Part shown: one piece after another, positions 46,008 to 55,457 of the stretch
Numbering within the stretch: position 1 is the first letter of the stretch
How the letters are laid out: every line of letters starts with the position of its first letter
Source: Phycisphaeraceae bacterium
GTDB taxonomy: Bacteria; Planctomycetota; Phycisphaerae; Phycisphaerales; Phycisphaeraceae
Assembly (NCBI GenBank): GCA_963674705.1
Contig: OY771506.1
Coordinates: 1,824,001-1,888,000, forward strand
Reading direction: 5' to 3'
Length of the DNA: 64,000 nucleotides
Translations under genes and position numbers: made by a program
Notes under the pieces: model-generated
Seen by the model: the letters and a program-made list of their open reading frames with translations, nothing else
Told to the model about the DNA's origin: nothing
Database searches by the model: none

Positions 46008-48029
46008 ATGAGTAGATTTCATAGATGGCCTGATCTTCCAGCCAAATTGGCCGAATTATTGAGTGCGCTTGATAATGTCACACCGTTCGGTGGCAACCGA
46101 TGGATGGCTAGTTCGCCGTTGCGTAGTGATTCTACGCCTAGCCTATCGATCAGCTTGTCTGAAGATGGTGACAGGATCTTACTTCATGACTTCGGTGCCG
46201 CATCTTCGAATGCCACCGAAGAGATTCTTGAATACCTAGGCATGAAGTTTGATGACCTCTTTATCAGATCGGACAAATCCGTGCGTCGTCATACAACTCC
46301 GCCAACCTCATATGACTCGAGCAGATCAATGTTGCCCAAAGCGGTACTGAAATACTACTTGGACTCGGTAAAATCGGGCCGACGGGGGAAACGCCATCTC
46401 TTTGCTTCGACGCTTGGCCTACCGGCAAAAGCCATTGGCACGTTTGAGTGGGGTTTCGATTCATACAGAAAGGCATTCACAATTCCCGAGCGCGATCACA
46501 CGGGCCAGATAATAGGTGTGCAGCGTCGCCTAATACAGGGTAGGAAGAAAGCAGTTAAAGGGTCAAAGCGAGGCTTAACTGGGCTTGAGACCTTAAGGTC
46601 TGACCGAAGTGGACGTCTACATGTTTGCGAAGGCTTCAGTGACGTAGTGGCTCTGTATTCTCTCGGATTCATGAATGTACTCGGAGTACCCAGTGCCGGG
46701 GTGGGGGGTGAATTGATTAGGTCAGTTATCCTTGATGGCCAATACTCAGATATCGTAATTGTGTCTGACCCTAAGCCGCAGGAGCGTGAGGCTGCACATA
46801 AACTTGGTAAATCAATATCTGATTTGATTCAATACAGAGTGATCATGCCTCCGGGTGGGGTGGACATGCGGGATTGGATTAACCAGAATAAGATCACCGC
46901 TAAAGATGTTGACTGTCTGATCAACAATACCCCATGCGCCATCTCGCGATTTCGCCTGTGGAGTTTGGAAGATGTCGAGCGCTTGCCTCCCAGGGAGCAT
47001 CTAGTCGAAGGGATTCTTGGTGTAGGGGAGTTTGGTGTTCTGTACGGCCCGCCCAAGTCCGGGAAGTCGCTCGTCGCTTTGGATATGTGTATGGCTGTAC
47101 AAGCGGGCCTGCCTTGGCGCTCCGGGCAGAAACGTGTCCGGCAAGGTCATGTGATTTATGTGGCCGCCGAGGGTAAAGCGGGCTATAAAGATAGAGTAAA
47201 AGTGTGTCGTCGTCGTTATAACCGTACACGAAGTCGATCTAAATCCGGGGTGGGTGACATTCGGTTCATCTTCGATCAGCCCGTCCTCAGCGGTGGAGAT
47301 GCAGTTGCCCTCGTGAACGCCATTAAGAATCAACGTTGCAATCCTGATTTGGTAGTAATAGACACACTGGCCCGTACAAATGGTGGTGACGAAAATAGTG
47401 CAGCCGACATGAGCGCGTACATTCGCGGCCTTGATGACCTGCGTAGAGAATTGAATTGTGCCGTACTAGTCCTACACCACCAACCACGCCACGATAATCG
47501 GATGCGAGGTTCGGTTGCTCTAGACGGGGCTTGTGATGTTGCCATAAGAACGACACGATCAGGTGATGTAATCACGCTTGAGTGTGAGTTCGCTAAAGAT
47601 GATCCACCATTCGACGCAATATACCTTCGTATGAAGCAAGTACCAGTCGATAAGGATCATTCCTCTATTCGAATTATCCGTGCGGGGCCACTAGAGGTTG
47701 TTGTAGCTAAAGATAAGAGAAATACCAAGGCTAATGCTTCTGTCACTAGGATAATGGAAGCCCTTTATCAACTATCATCAAAATGTAAGGACAGGTGGGT
47801 ACGTAGGGCGGCATGGTTGGACGCGATTGGCATGAACCAACACACATTCAACAACCATCTCAAGACTCTCCGTATTAGGGGGGAGATCATCGAACGTAGA
47901 GTTGGAAAGTACAAAGAATATCAACCAGTCCCAATCAATAACCAACAGATGTCAACAGTTGTGGCCGATGGTGATGTACAACTGTCAACTGTCACACCCC
48001 CTTTAGGGGGTGACAGTGGTAACAGTTGA
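46008..48029 (+). CDS. Primase-helicase (degenerate Zn-binding domain + TOPRIM + AAA_25/RepA-type helicase)
   Basis: CEGFSD TOPRIM; Walker A GPPKSGKS; YVAAEG; Walker B LVVIDT; DEN; LHH; RGS. Confidence 0.85.
   Translation: MSRFHRWPDLPAKLAELLSALDNVTPFGGNRWMASSPLRSDSTPSLSISLSEDGDRILLHDFGAASSNATEEILEYLGMKFDDLFIRSDKSVRRHTTPPTSYDSSRSMLPKAVLKYYLDSVKSGRRGKRHLFASTLGLPAKAIGTFEWGFDSYRKAFTIPERDHTGQIIGVQRRLIQGRKKAVKGSKRGLTGLETLRSDRSGRLHVCEGFSDVVALYSLGFMNVLGVPSAGVGGELIRSVILDGQYSDIVIVSDPKPQEREAAHKLGKSISDLIQYRVIMPPGGVDMRDWINQNKITAKDVDCLINNTPCAISRFRLWSLEDVERLPPREHLVEGILGVGEFGVLYGPPKSGKSLVALDMCMAVQAGLPWRSGQKRVRQGHVIYVAAEGKAGYKDRVKVCRRRYNRTRSRSKSGVGDIRFIFDQPVLSGGDAVALVNAIKNQRCNPDLVVIDTLARTNGGDENSAADMSAYIRGLDDLRRELNCAVLVLHHQPRHDNRMRGSVALDGACDVAIRTTRSGDVITLECEFAKDDPPFDAIYLRMKQVPVDKDHSSIRIIRAGPLEVVVAKDKRNTKANASVTRIMEALYQLSSKCKDRWVRRAAWLDAIGMNQHTFNNHLKTLRIRGEIIERRVGKYKEYQPVPINNQQMSTVVADGDVQLSTVTPPLGGDSGNS
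47979..48028. other. Putative replication origin palindrome at 3' end of primase-helicase
   Basis: caactgtcaactgtcacaccccc-ttta-gggggtgacagtggtaacagttg, plus an extra caacagttg copy at ~47953. Confidence 0.5.
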
Positions 48030-48123
48030 TATGGACATGAATGTTTGAACGAATCCAAATAATGACCTCAAGGGCTGACACCATTATCCGCGGATGCGAT
48101 GATACACAAAAACGAGGTGTATC

Positions 48124-48630
48124 ATGCCGAAACGAAACAGGAAATACAAGACCGATTCAAGCGGTTCTACCGGTGGGGCCAATAGACGGTCTAATGGGAC
48201 ATTCGGTCCGGGTAACAAAGCAAATCCCATGGGCAATCCGCAAATACGTCGGTTAGCTGAATATCAGGATGCGGTTCGCAATGCGGTATCTCCGAAGCGT
48301 TTGCACACAATACTAGTTCGGCTTACAAAGCTGGCCGAGGAAGGCGATGTGTTAGCGGCTAAGGTATTACTCGATCGTACACTTGGAAAGGTCAAGGCTG
48401 TTCCTGATATCGAAGCATTGGGCGCGGTAGAGATTCCAATGATCGAATGTGCTGCAGACGCCGTAAATGCCAGCAACGCCATCTTGACATCACTTAACGC
48501 CGGGAAGATATCAGCCGACGATGCCAATAGACTTTCAAATATTGTGGAGTTGGCGCGGCGCACCATCGAAACACATTCATTGGCTGAGCGTGTTGTTGCG
48601 CTCGAAAACGAACTGCTTTCGGGAGGGTAA
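48124..48630 (+). CDS. DUF5681/terminase-small-subunit-like protein
   Basis: SD GAGGTG; NGTFGPGNKANPMG; AEEGDVLAAKVLLDRTLGK; LAERVVALE. Confidence 0.55.
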   Translation: MPKRNRKYKTDSSGSTGGANRRSNGTFGPGNKANPMGNPQIRRLAEYQDAVRNAVSPKRLHTILVRLTKLAEEGDVLAAKVLLDRTLGKVKAVPDIEALGAVEIPMIECAADAVNASNAILTSLNAGKISADDANRLSNIVELARRTIETHSLAERVVALENELLSGG

Positions 48631-48734
48631 CTCAATGCCTGGATTCAGCAAGCTTAAAGGTGATCCGTGATCATGCAATGCCAAAATAGTACCCTAACTA
48701 GGCCGCGAGCAACATCTAATTATGGGGCACGATT

Positions 48735-48941
48735 ATGAGATCTTTACGCCGGCGTATTAGAGTTTTGGAGAGTAGAGGTTGGCATGGTGAAGCCTTAGTA
48801 AATGCCTATCGTGACTACCGTTTAAAAGGTGTTCTTCCATCTAACCCAAACCTTGCGAAGCACATTCGTGATATCGCGGATCGTATAGATGCAATCGTGA
48901 TTGTGAATGGTGAAGATATTTTTTGCGAACTTGACAAATAG
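48735..48941 (+). CDS. Small hypothetical protein
   Basis: MRSLRRRIRVLE start echoes the preceding gene's C-terminal coiled motif; GGGG SD-like. Confidence 0.45.
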   Translation: MRSLRRRIRVLESRGWHGEALVNAYRDYRLKGVLPSNPNLAKHIRDIADRIDAIVIVNGEDIFCELDK

Positions 48942-49020
48942 ATCCTTGCGCTTGGGGAAGGGTTGGCTTACATTGCTACACGTACCCAACCCAAACGCCC
49001 TAAGGGCAAGGAGACGCGAA

Positions 49021-49254
49021 ATGGCGATTGCAAAACGAAAAGGCGTGAAAGTAACAATTGAGAAAGGGTCGAATCTTAAAAAATCACTCCCGAAGAACGC
49101 TGACCTAACAGATGAGCAACGCAAGAAAATAATCGATGGGTTGATTGACGAGTTGCGTTCGGCACAGTTCCCCGGCAAGAAGAAACAACTCCGACGCTCA
49201 CTACGTGCCTTAGGACACAAGGGTGGCCTCAAGGCTCTCGAATCCAAAAAATAA
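49021..49254 (+). CDS. Small lysine-rich hypothetical protein (77 aa)
   Basis: SD AAGGAG before ATG 49021; followed by a terminator-like hairpin. Confidence 0.6.
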   Translation: MAIAKRKGVKVTIEKGSNLKKSLPKNADLTDEQRKKIIDGLIDELRSAQFPGKKKQLRRSLRALGHKGGLKALESKK

Positions 49255-49284
49255 ACATCTCGAATATAGTGTGAATCATTTCAG

Positions 49285-49313
49285 TGTCCCCGCATGTCGT
49301 CGGGGACATTTTT
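49285..49313 (+). terminator. Intrinsic terminator
   Basis: tgtcccc-gcatgtcgtc-ggggaca followed by ttttt. Confidence 0.6.
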
Positions 49314-49854
49314 AAGCGTTCTGAGGCGCCCTGAAGCGTCCCTAAGCGTCCAATTAATACAGATCGATTGATACGTCACGTTCATCACCCGGGACGTTAC
49401 GGGCGATTTCACGCGTCCGGACGATATCACATATCCCAATAGTCTTGTTTACATGATCAGGCCCATCAAGGATGCCATATAGTCCCGCTTAGTGACATAA
49501 GCAGGACAGTATGCATTTAGGGTGCAAACCCTGAGCCATAGCCTGTCTAGTTGCTGGTCTAATGCCAACATGGCATGACCCCCCCCGCCCCCCGCCATTT
49601 TGGCGCAACCAACTTGGCCCCAGTCACAATAGCTAGGAGCTAGTCATCGAGCTGGCTGAAATGAGTTTTGGTTAAGTAACTCGAGTGCCAACGTACTAAT
49701 CTTTTTCGAGATATGTTCTCTTGCGATGCTTCTCGGCTTCGACTATAGCTGCAAAGTCTTCATTAGGATTGTGACCCCATCTCATCGTGAGATAATGATA
49801 CTGTCTGGTTCTTCCGGAATAGTCCTGATCTGAGGCAACAGGTTCGAGCACAAG

Positions 49855-50814
49855 CTATGGTTCGATATCCTCATAAGGCCACTCTGGCATAGGCCAGTTC
49901 ATTTCTTCGGCCTCTTTTCGTATTGCCTCGATGGTTTCATCGGAGAGACCGTAGCTGTCCCGCACAGAGTTTTCTCCACGCTGACGCATTTGGTCACCCT
50001 TTTCGAAGATTACATCCAATGCTCGACCATGTTCATCTTCCGACATGGTCCGTTTTTTCTCACCCAGCTTTACCATCTCCCCGTGTTCCCATTTTGCACC
50101 CGCATACCCAACAAGTGCTAACTTTCGCCATATTGTGCGCCGCTGTTCATATGTCAGTCCGAAACGCTTCGTTTGCTTCTCGTTCACACGGCGATTATGG
50201 GCAGCGAGCCGTTTGTCGTAGATATTGATTATGGGACCGGGATTTCCCGGTCGTTTGGTCATGTCGGCAAACCATTCTGGTATTGCGGATTTCTGATGTT
50301 CGGCCGTTGAGAATAGACATACCGCTATAACCGTCGGTTCACTGTGGTATTTGAACTTGCGATATGTCCTAGCATTTTCATATGCCTTTTCCAACACCAA
50401 CCGAGCTTGATCCTCGGTCATCGGGTCATCCGATTGAATGTCCATCAAAACCATTGTCTTGCCATAATCTTCGGTGATTGTGGTGTCGAGTATTTGATAT
50501 GCCGGCAACGGCATAGATTCGCTCGTAGTTACTGGGGCTCTTGGCGGTTCTGTTGGGCTAGTCTGTTTTGTTTGAGGTTTTGTAGTACTGCGGGATGGGG
50601 CTGAGGTTCTAGTATTCGTTTCCAACTGAACAATATTGGCCCACACGTATACAACAACGACTAGTAGAATCAAAAGAACAACTGCGCTAGAACACGAACT
50701 TGTTCTCGTAGGTGGACATGGTTTCTTGCCATCGCAATTGGGACAACGGCGTGCATTGGGTGCAACAAGATTGCCACAGTACCGGCATGGTTTCGCTTTA
50801 ATCGATTTCGCCAT
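49855..50814 (-). CDS. Zinc-ribbon membrane-anchored hypothetical protein
   Basis: SD GGAGG; CRYC...CPNC, single TM helix, P/T-rich linker, soluble C-domain. Confidence 0.75.
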   Translation of the reverse strand: MAKSIKAKPCRYCGNLVAPNARRCPNCDGKKPCPPTRTSSCSSAVVLLILLVVVVYVWANIVQLETNTRTSAPSRSTTKPQTKQTSPTEPPRAPVTTSESMPLPAYQILDTTITEDYGKTMVLMDIQSDDPMTEDQARLVLEKAYENARTYRKFKYHSEPTVIAVCLFSTAEHQKSAIPEWFADMTKRPGNPGPIINIYDKRLAAHNRRVNEKQTKRFGLTYEQRRTIWRKLALVGYAGAKWEHGEMVKLGEKKRTMSEDEHGRALDVIFEKGDQMRQRGENSVRDSYGLSDETIEAIRKEAEEMNWPMPEWPYEDIEP

Positions 50815-50841
50815 ATGAACCTCCCAGAGATAGGGCGTTAA

Positions 50842-51023
50842 GATCAGGCGGCGTCCACAAAGAAAAGGGGGACGCCGATCCACAGTCGCCCGCAGGGCCT
50901 CCGCCAAGAGGCACACGAAACAACACATGGCCGACGCCCCCTTGCGGGGGCGCGGTGCCAGTGCTGCTTTCGTGAATCAAGGGCCTGGGGGCCCAGGTTG
51001 GCGGATTCCTGCGGTGCAGACTG
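50842..51023 (-). ncRNA. Candidate structured leader RNA, unassigned family
   Basis: Nested stems CCGCAGG/CCTGCGG, TCCGCCAA/TTGGCGGA, CACGAAAGCAGCAC/GTGTTGTTTCGTG, GCGCCCCC-GCAA-GGGGGCGT; G-U pairs and the GNRA loop work only on the minus strand. Confidence 0.55.
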
Positions 51024-51231
51024 ATACTCGCGCATCAACTCGGTTGTCTACGGGGTTAATGACCCCGCCATAGTTCGAACTATCTCCCCTCATGATCGTC
51101 CATACTAGCCTCATGTCAATCTGATCTTCGATATAGACAATAACCGACATTATATAGCAACTACATGCCAATATTGACTTTACGTACTCGGCTAGGTTTG
51201 GTAACTTGTCTTTAGTCTATGGGGATAGCAG

Positions 51232-52188
51232 ATGAGCAGTCGTATTCGAGCAATAGATTTATTCAGCGGCGCTGGTGGTAGCAGTTGGGGGGCACGATCA
51301 GCAGGCGTCGAAATATGTGCTTCGTTTGACCTGTGGGAATTGGCTGGCAAAGTGCATCAAGACAATTTTCCTGAGTCAAAGTTCTTTAATGAACGACTGG
51401 AAACAATCAGCGATTGGCGTATCCGACAACTGGGGCACATTGATCTAATCTTAGCTTCTCCCGAATGTACCAATCACAGCCCGGCTAAGGGCAACAAGCC
51501 GCGATGCGAAAAGAGCCGTGAAACGGCTTTCCAAGTCCTGAGATATGCACGCATATTGAAACCTCGTTGGATAGTCATAGAAAACGTTGTAAGTATGCGA
51601 AACTGGCATCGTTATAACGACCTTATCTCTGGCTTGGAGGATCTTGGTTATTACGTAAATGCTCAGGTACTGAATTCTGCCGATTTTGGCGTACCGCAAC
51701 GCAGGCGTCGTTTATTCCTGCTCTGCGATCGTGAATCACCATCCCCTACACTTGAACCACGTGTCCGAAATGAACGATCAGCCAAGCAAATCATAGACAT
51801 GAATGGCGGATACAATTATACTTCGCTTCATTCGCCCAAACGGGCCCGGGCAACATTGCAGCGTGCAGAACGTGCTTTTGAGTCTATCGGCAAGAAACAG
51901 CCATTTCTGATTGTGTATTATGGCTCAGATCATGCCGGGGGCTGGCAGGAATTAAGTCAGCCACTTCGTACCATCACTACGCTTGATCGTTTTGCATTTG
52001 TACGGCCACGCGGGCATGGACATGAGATGAGAATGTTGCAGGTTCCAGAGTTGAAGGCTGCAATGGGAATGTCAAAATCCCACACACTCAACCATGGTTC
52101 TCGTCGAGACCAAATCAAGATGATTGGTAATGCTGTTTGCCCGCCAGTTATGCGGAGAGCAGTCACATCGTTGATTAACAACAGATGA
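51232..52188 (+). CDS. dcm: DNA (cytosine-5) methyltransferase
   Basis: DLFSGAGG, ASPECTNHS, IENV, DFGVPQRRRRLF, IGNAVCP. Confidence 0.93.
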   Translation: MSSRIRAIDLFSGAGGSSWGARSAGVEICASFDLWELAGKVHQDNFPESKFFNERLETISDWRIRQLGHIDLILASPECTNHSPAKGNKPRCEKSRETAFQVLRYARILKPRWIVIENVVSMRNWHRYNDLISGLEDLGYYVNAQVLNSADFGVPQRRRRLFLLCDRESPSPTLEPRVRNERSAKQIIDMNGGYNYTSLHSPKRARATLQRAERAFESIGKKQPFLIVYYGSDHAGGWQELSQPLRTITTLDRFAFVRPRGHGHEMRMLQVPELKAAMGMSKSHTLNHGSRRDQIKMIGNAVCPPVMRRAVTSLINNR

Positions 52189-52195
52189 GCTATCC

Positions 52196-54316
52196 ATGAA
52201 TACACAAAATGAATTACCATCAAGCGGTCATGCGACAATGCGCCCTCGCGCACGATTGATTTCGCTCATCGGAGATGAACTGATAAGTGATGAGCCAGTA
52301 GCAGTAGTTGAACTTGTAAAGAACGCCTACGATGCAGATGCTACCAAGGTGAAAGTCTCTTTCGAAGGCGATAACCCACTCGATCCAGATACTTTAATCA
52401 TCGAAGACAATGGACATGGTATGGATCTGCCAGTCGTGTTATCTGGTTGGTTTGAACCCGGCACCATTCACAAGAAAGCTGGCCAACGAACACCAAATGG
52501 TAGGCCATATCAAGGTGCGAAAGGCATAGGTAGATTTGCCGCTGCTCGTCTCTCAGATTCCTTGTACATGGAAACGAAGCGTAAAGGGAAAATGGATGGT
52601 GTGACCGTTCTTCTTGATTGGGGGCTATTCAGTGACGACAGTTATCTTGACGAAGTATCAATCGTGTATGAAGTCGAAACACTGCCTCAACTTAAACACG
52701 GGACGATCCTCAGACTGGATAACCTGCGTAGTCGTCGGAGTTGGACTGAAAAAGACTTTGAGGAGTTACACAATCGATTATCACGTCTGATTTCTCCATT
52801 TCAGAATAGTTCCGGACAGGCCGAGGTGTCTGATTTTGAGATTGAACTCGATTTGCCTGGTTATCCAACACTGACTGGCAAGGTTGAACCCCACGAAATA
52901 ACAACAAAGCCTAAATATAAACTAAGCGGACGTGTTTCCGCGGAAGGTATTTTTACTGGACGGCTTGAGATTGATGGGAAACTGCATAAGAAATTTAGTG
53001 AAGAAGCCCTGGGGTCCAAAGGGGAAACCGTCATCTGTGGCTCTTTCGGTGTCGAAATACGCGCATGGGACAGAGATCTTCCCGGCCTAACTCCTTACAT
53101 GCTCGAATATAATCTGGGTGCACAGTCTATACGAGGTATTTTGAATAATTACTCCGGAGTTAGTATTTATCGAGATGGTTTTCGAGTTCATCCATACGGA
53201 GAGAAGGGTCTCGATTGGTTAAGCCTTGATACCCGTAGTCGCCAGAATCCAACTTTGCGTCTAGCAAATAACCAAATCATAGCTGCGTTGCAGATATCAC
53301 GCGATAATAATCCTGGTTTGCCCGATAGAGCAAATCGTGAAGGGCTTGTACACAACGATCAATATGCTGCCCTCAAAGAATGGTTCATTCGCATTCTAGC
53401 GCATCTTGAAGCAGAGCGATATGAAGTTCGACCGCGAGAAGAACCTAAACCCGAAGAGTTGTCTTCGTTGTTTGAACCGTTTGACATGGCTCTGGTGGTT
53501 AAAGAAACTAAAGACCAGCTCGGTGTTAAACATCCTGTCACAAAACTTGTTACACAAAAGGAAGGTGAAATTAGGGAAGGGGTCAAGCGCCTTCAAGAGC
53601 ACTACTCTCGTGTCCTACTGGCCGCTGGCTTGGGGCAATTAATTGATAGGGTAGTCCATGAGATAGGAGCTCCACTTGCCCATGTTAACCGTGCAGTTAA
53701 TGGGCTTGAAAAAGATCTCAAAGACATGCTGGGGGCGCATCGTGCCAACCAACTTAATGACCGCTTTATTAATATTCGGTCTTATTTAGAGCGAATTCAT
53801 GCTCATCGCGACTGGCTGCTCCCGCGAGCCGCGGGAAAGCGTGGGCGTACTGAAAGTTTTGTAGTACAAGATGAAATCCAAGGAAATCTCGATCTCTTTT
53901 CCAGCCTGATCGCCAAGCAAGGCATTGAAGTTGAGAGAAAGTGGCCGAAAGATCCACTGGTAGTACATATGTCACGTTCTAATCTTGGGCAGATCGTGGC
54001 TAATCTTCTCGATAACAGTATTTATTGGTTGACACATCATCATGGCGATGGGAAAGGCGGCAAGATTCAGATACGTTTATCACAGCTGAAACACGGGTTT
54101 CGTATTTTATTATCTGATGATGGGTCGGGAGTTCCCCCGGAAGACCGTGTCCGAATATTTGATCCTGAGTTTTCACGCAAACCCCATGGGATGGGCTTGG
54201 GGTTATTTATTGCTCGTCAAGTGATGGATATGTATGGCATGCTTCGCTATCGAGATGACGGCCCACTATCAGGCGCGTGTTTTGAAGCAACCTTTGAGCG
54301 TAAGGTAGGTCATTAG
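52196..54316 (+). CDS. MORC/MutL-type GHKL ATPase fused to a histidine kinase
   Basis: N-term ELVKNAYDA, EDNGHGM, GAKGIGRFA, YRDGFRVHPYG, DRANREG; C-term H-box HEIGAPL, NLLDNS, DDGSG, GMGLGL; no TM. Confidence 0.9.
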   Translation: MNTQNELPSSGHATMRPRARLISLIGDELISDEPVAVVELVKNAYDADATKVKVSFEGDNPLDPDTLIIEDNGHGMDLPVVLSGWFEPGTIHKKAGQRTPNGRPYQGAKGIGRFAAARLSDSLYMETKRKGKMDGVTVLLDWGLFSDDSYLDEVSIVYEVETLPQLKHGTILRLDNLRSRRSWTEKDFEELHNRLSRLISPFQNSSGQAEVSDFEIELDLPGYPTLTGKVEPHEITTKPKYKLSGRVSAEGIFTGRLEIDGKLHKKFSEEALGSKGETVICGSFGVEIRAWDRDLPGLTPYMLEYNLGAQSIRGILNNYSGVSIYRDGFRVHPYGEKGLDWLSLDTRSRQNPTLRLANNQIIAALQISRDNNPGLPDRANREGLVHNDQYAALKEWFIRILAHLEAERYEVRPREEPKPEELSSLFEPFDMALVVKETKDQLGVKHPVTKLVTQKEGEIREGVKRLQEHYSRVLLAAGLGQLIDRVVHEIGAPLAHVNRAVNGLEKDLKDMLGAHRANQLNDRFINIRSYLERIHAHRDWLLPRAAGKRGRTESFVVQDEIQGNLDLFSSLIAKQGIEVERKWPKDPLVVHMSRSNLGQIVANLLDNSIYWLTHHHGDGKGGKIQIRLSQLKHGFRILLSDDGSGVPPEDRVRIFDPEFSRKPHGMGLGLFIARQVMDMYGMLRYRDDGPLSGACFEATFERKVGH

Positions 54317-54326
54317 GGGGATATAC

Positions 54327-55457
54327 ATGGTTCTACAAGTCTTAATTGTCGATGATGATAAGGATTATCTGGCGGCACTAACGAGTGATCTTCAGGATTT
54401 CTTTAAGCAGAGTGGCACAAATGTCACAGCACATCCCTGTAGTAATTTTGATGAAGCATTAACACTCCTTAATGATCCATTACGTCGGTATGATCTTATT
54501 ATCTCTGATACATATGACGGATCACCTGCTAATGATGAAGCAAGAGTCATTCAGATGGTTCTACAGTATCGTGATACGGGACGCCGATTCTGCCCCATCA
54601 TTGTTTATAGCAGCGCGCCAAAACCCCCAGAACTACACACAACTGACTTTATAAAATGGGCTGACAAAAGTAAACCTAATGGAATTGAATTGGCGGTAGG
54701 GGATATCCTCCAAACTGGTGTGCCTCAGATTTCGCGAACTCTCCATGACGAACTTGATAAATTAGCAGGTTCGTTTCTATGGGAATTCTTGGAAGCCAAT
54801 TGGAAAAGGTTATCTGCAGACGGGGGGTTATCGTCAGACACACTCGAACGACTAATTAGGCGACGCGCGGCCATTCAAATCGGTGATATAACATCAGATG
54901 GCAAAGGTAATGTTCCGATTATGGAACGGGTGTCTTCTGAGTACTATATCTATCCAAGTATGATCAACCAAAACTACAACCTTGGTGATATACTCAGGAA
55001 TCGTGAGAATCAAGATGATTTTCGAGTAATTTTAACCCCTCATTGCCATTTGTTTAAACAACCAGGGAAAGAGCGACCTCGCGCCGATTTTGTTCTTACG
55101 CTAAAGACCGTTCCCGCTAAGGATATATTGGGTAATAAGATCACAGATACTGCAAATAAGCCTGAAGAAGCGGCACGCCACAAAAAACTCAAGGCATGGT
55201 CCAGATCACCTAGCCAGATCGATACAACGCCAGAAGGCCGTCACTGGTATCTTCCTGAATTTATGGATATTCCACATCTATACGGGGATTTTTTACAAGT
55301 TGAAAGCATACCAATTACGGCCATGAATAAATATGAAGTAATCGCCACACTTGTAGCTCCATACGCGGAAGCGATGCAGGCTTGTTTTGTAAGTTTTTAC
55401 GGATCTGTAGGCATTCCAGAGCTGAAGCCTGATAGTATCGTGAGCCTCCTTCGCTAA
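54327..55457 (+). CDS. Response-regulator receiver fused to an uncharacterised C-terminal effector domain
   Basis: VLIVDDD, DLIISD, PIIVYS, K; C-terminal GDIL..VILTPHCHL..WYLP..GDF..IATL.APY..F..FYGSVGIP; no HTH. Confidence 0.8.
   Translation: MVLQVLIVDDDKDYLAALTSDLQDFFKQSGTNVTAHPCSNFDEALTLLNDPLRRYDLIISDTYDGSPANDEARVIQMVLQYRDTGRRFCPIIVYSSAPKPPELHTTDFIKWADKSKPNGIELAVGDILQTGVPQISRTLHDELDKLAGSFLWEFLEANWKRLSADGGLSSDTLERLIRRRAAIQIGDITSDGKGNVPIMERVSSEYYIYPSMINQNYNLGDILRNRENQDDFRVILTPHCHLFKQPGKERPRADFVLTLKTVPAKDILGNKITDTANKPEEAARHKKLKAWSRSPSQIDTTPEGRHWYLPEFMDIPHLYGDFLQVESIPITAMNKYEVIATLVAPYAEAMQACFVSFYGSVGIPELKPDSIVSLLR

Noticed and set aside
50815..50928. N-terminal extension of the Zn-ribbon ORF
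   Set aside because: It lies within the structured RNA; a GGAGG SD supports ATG 50814.
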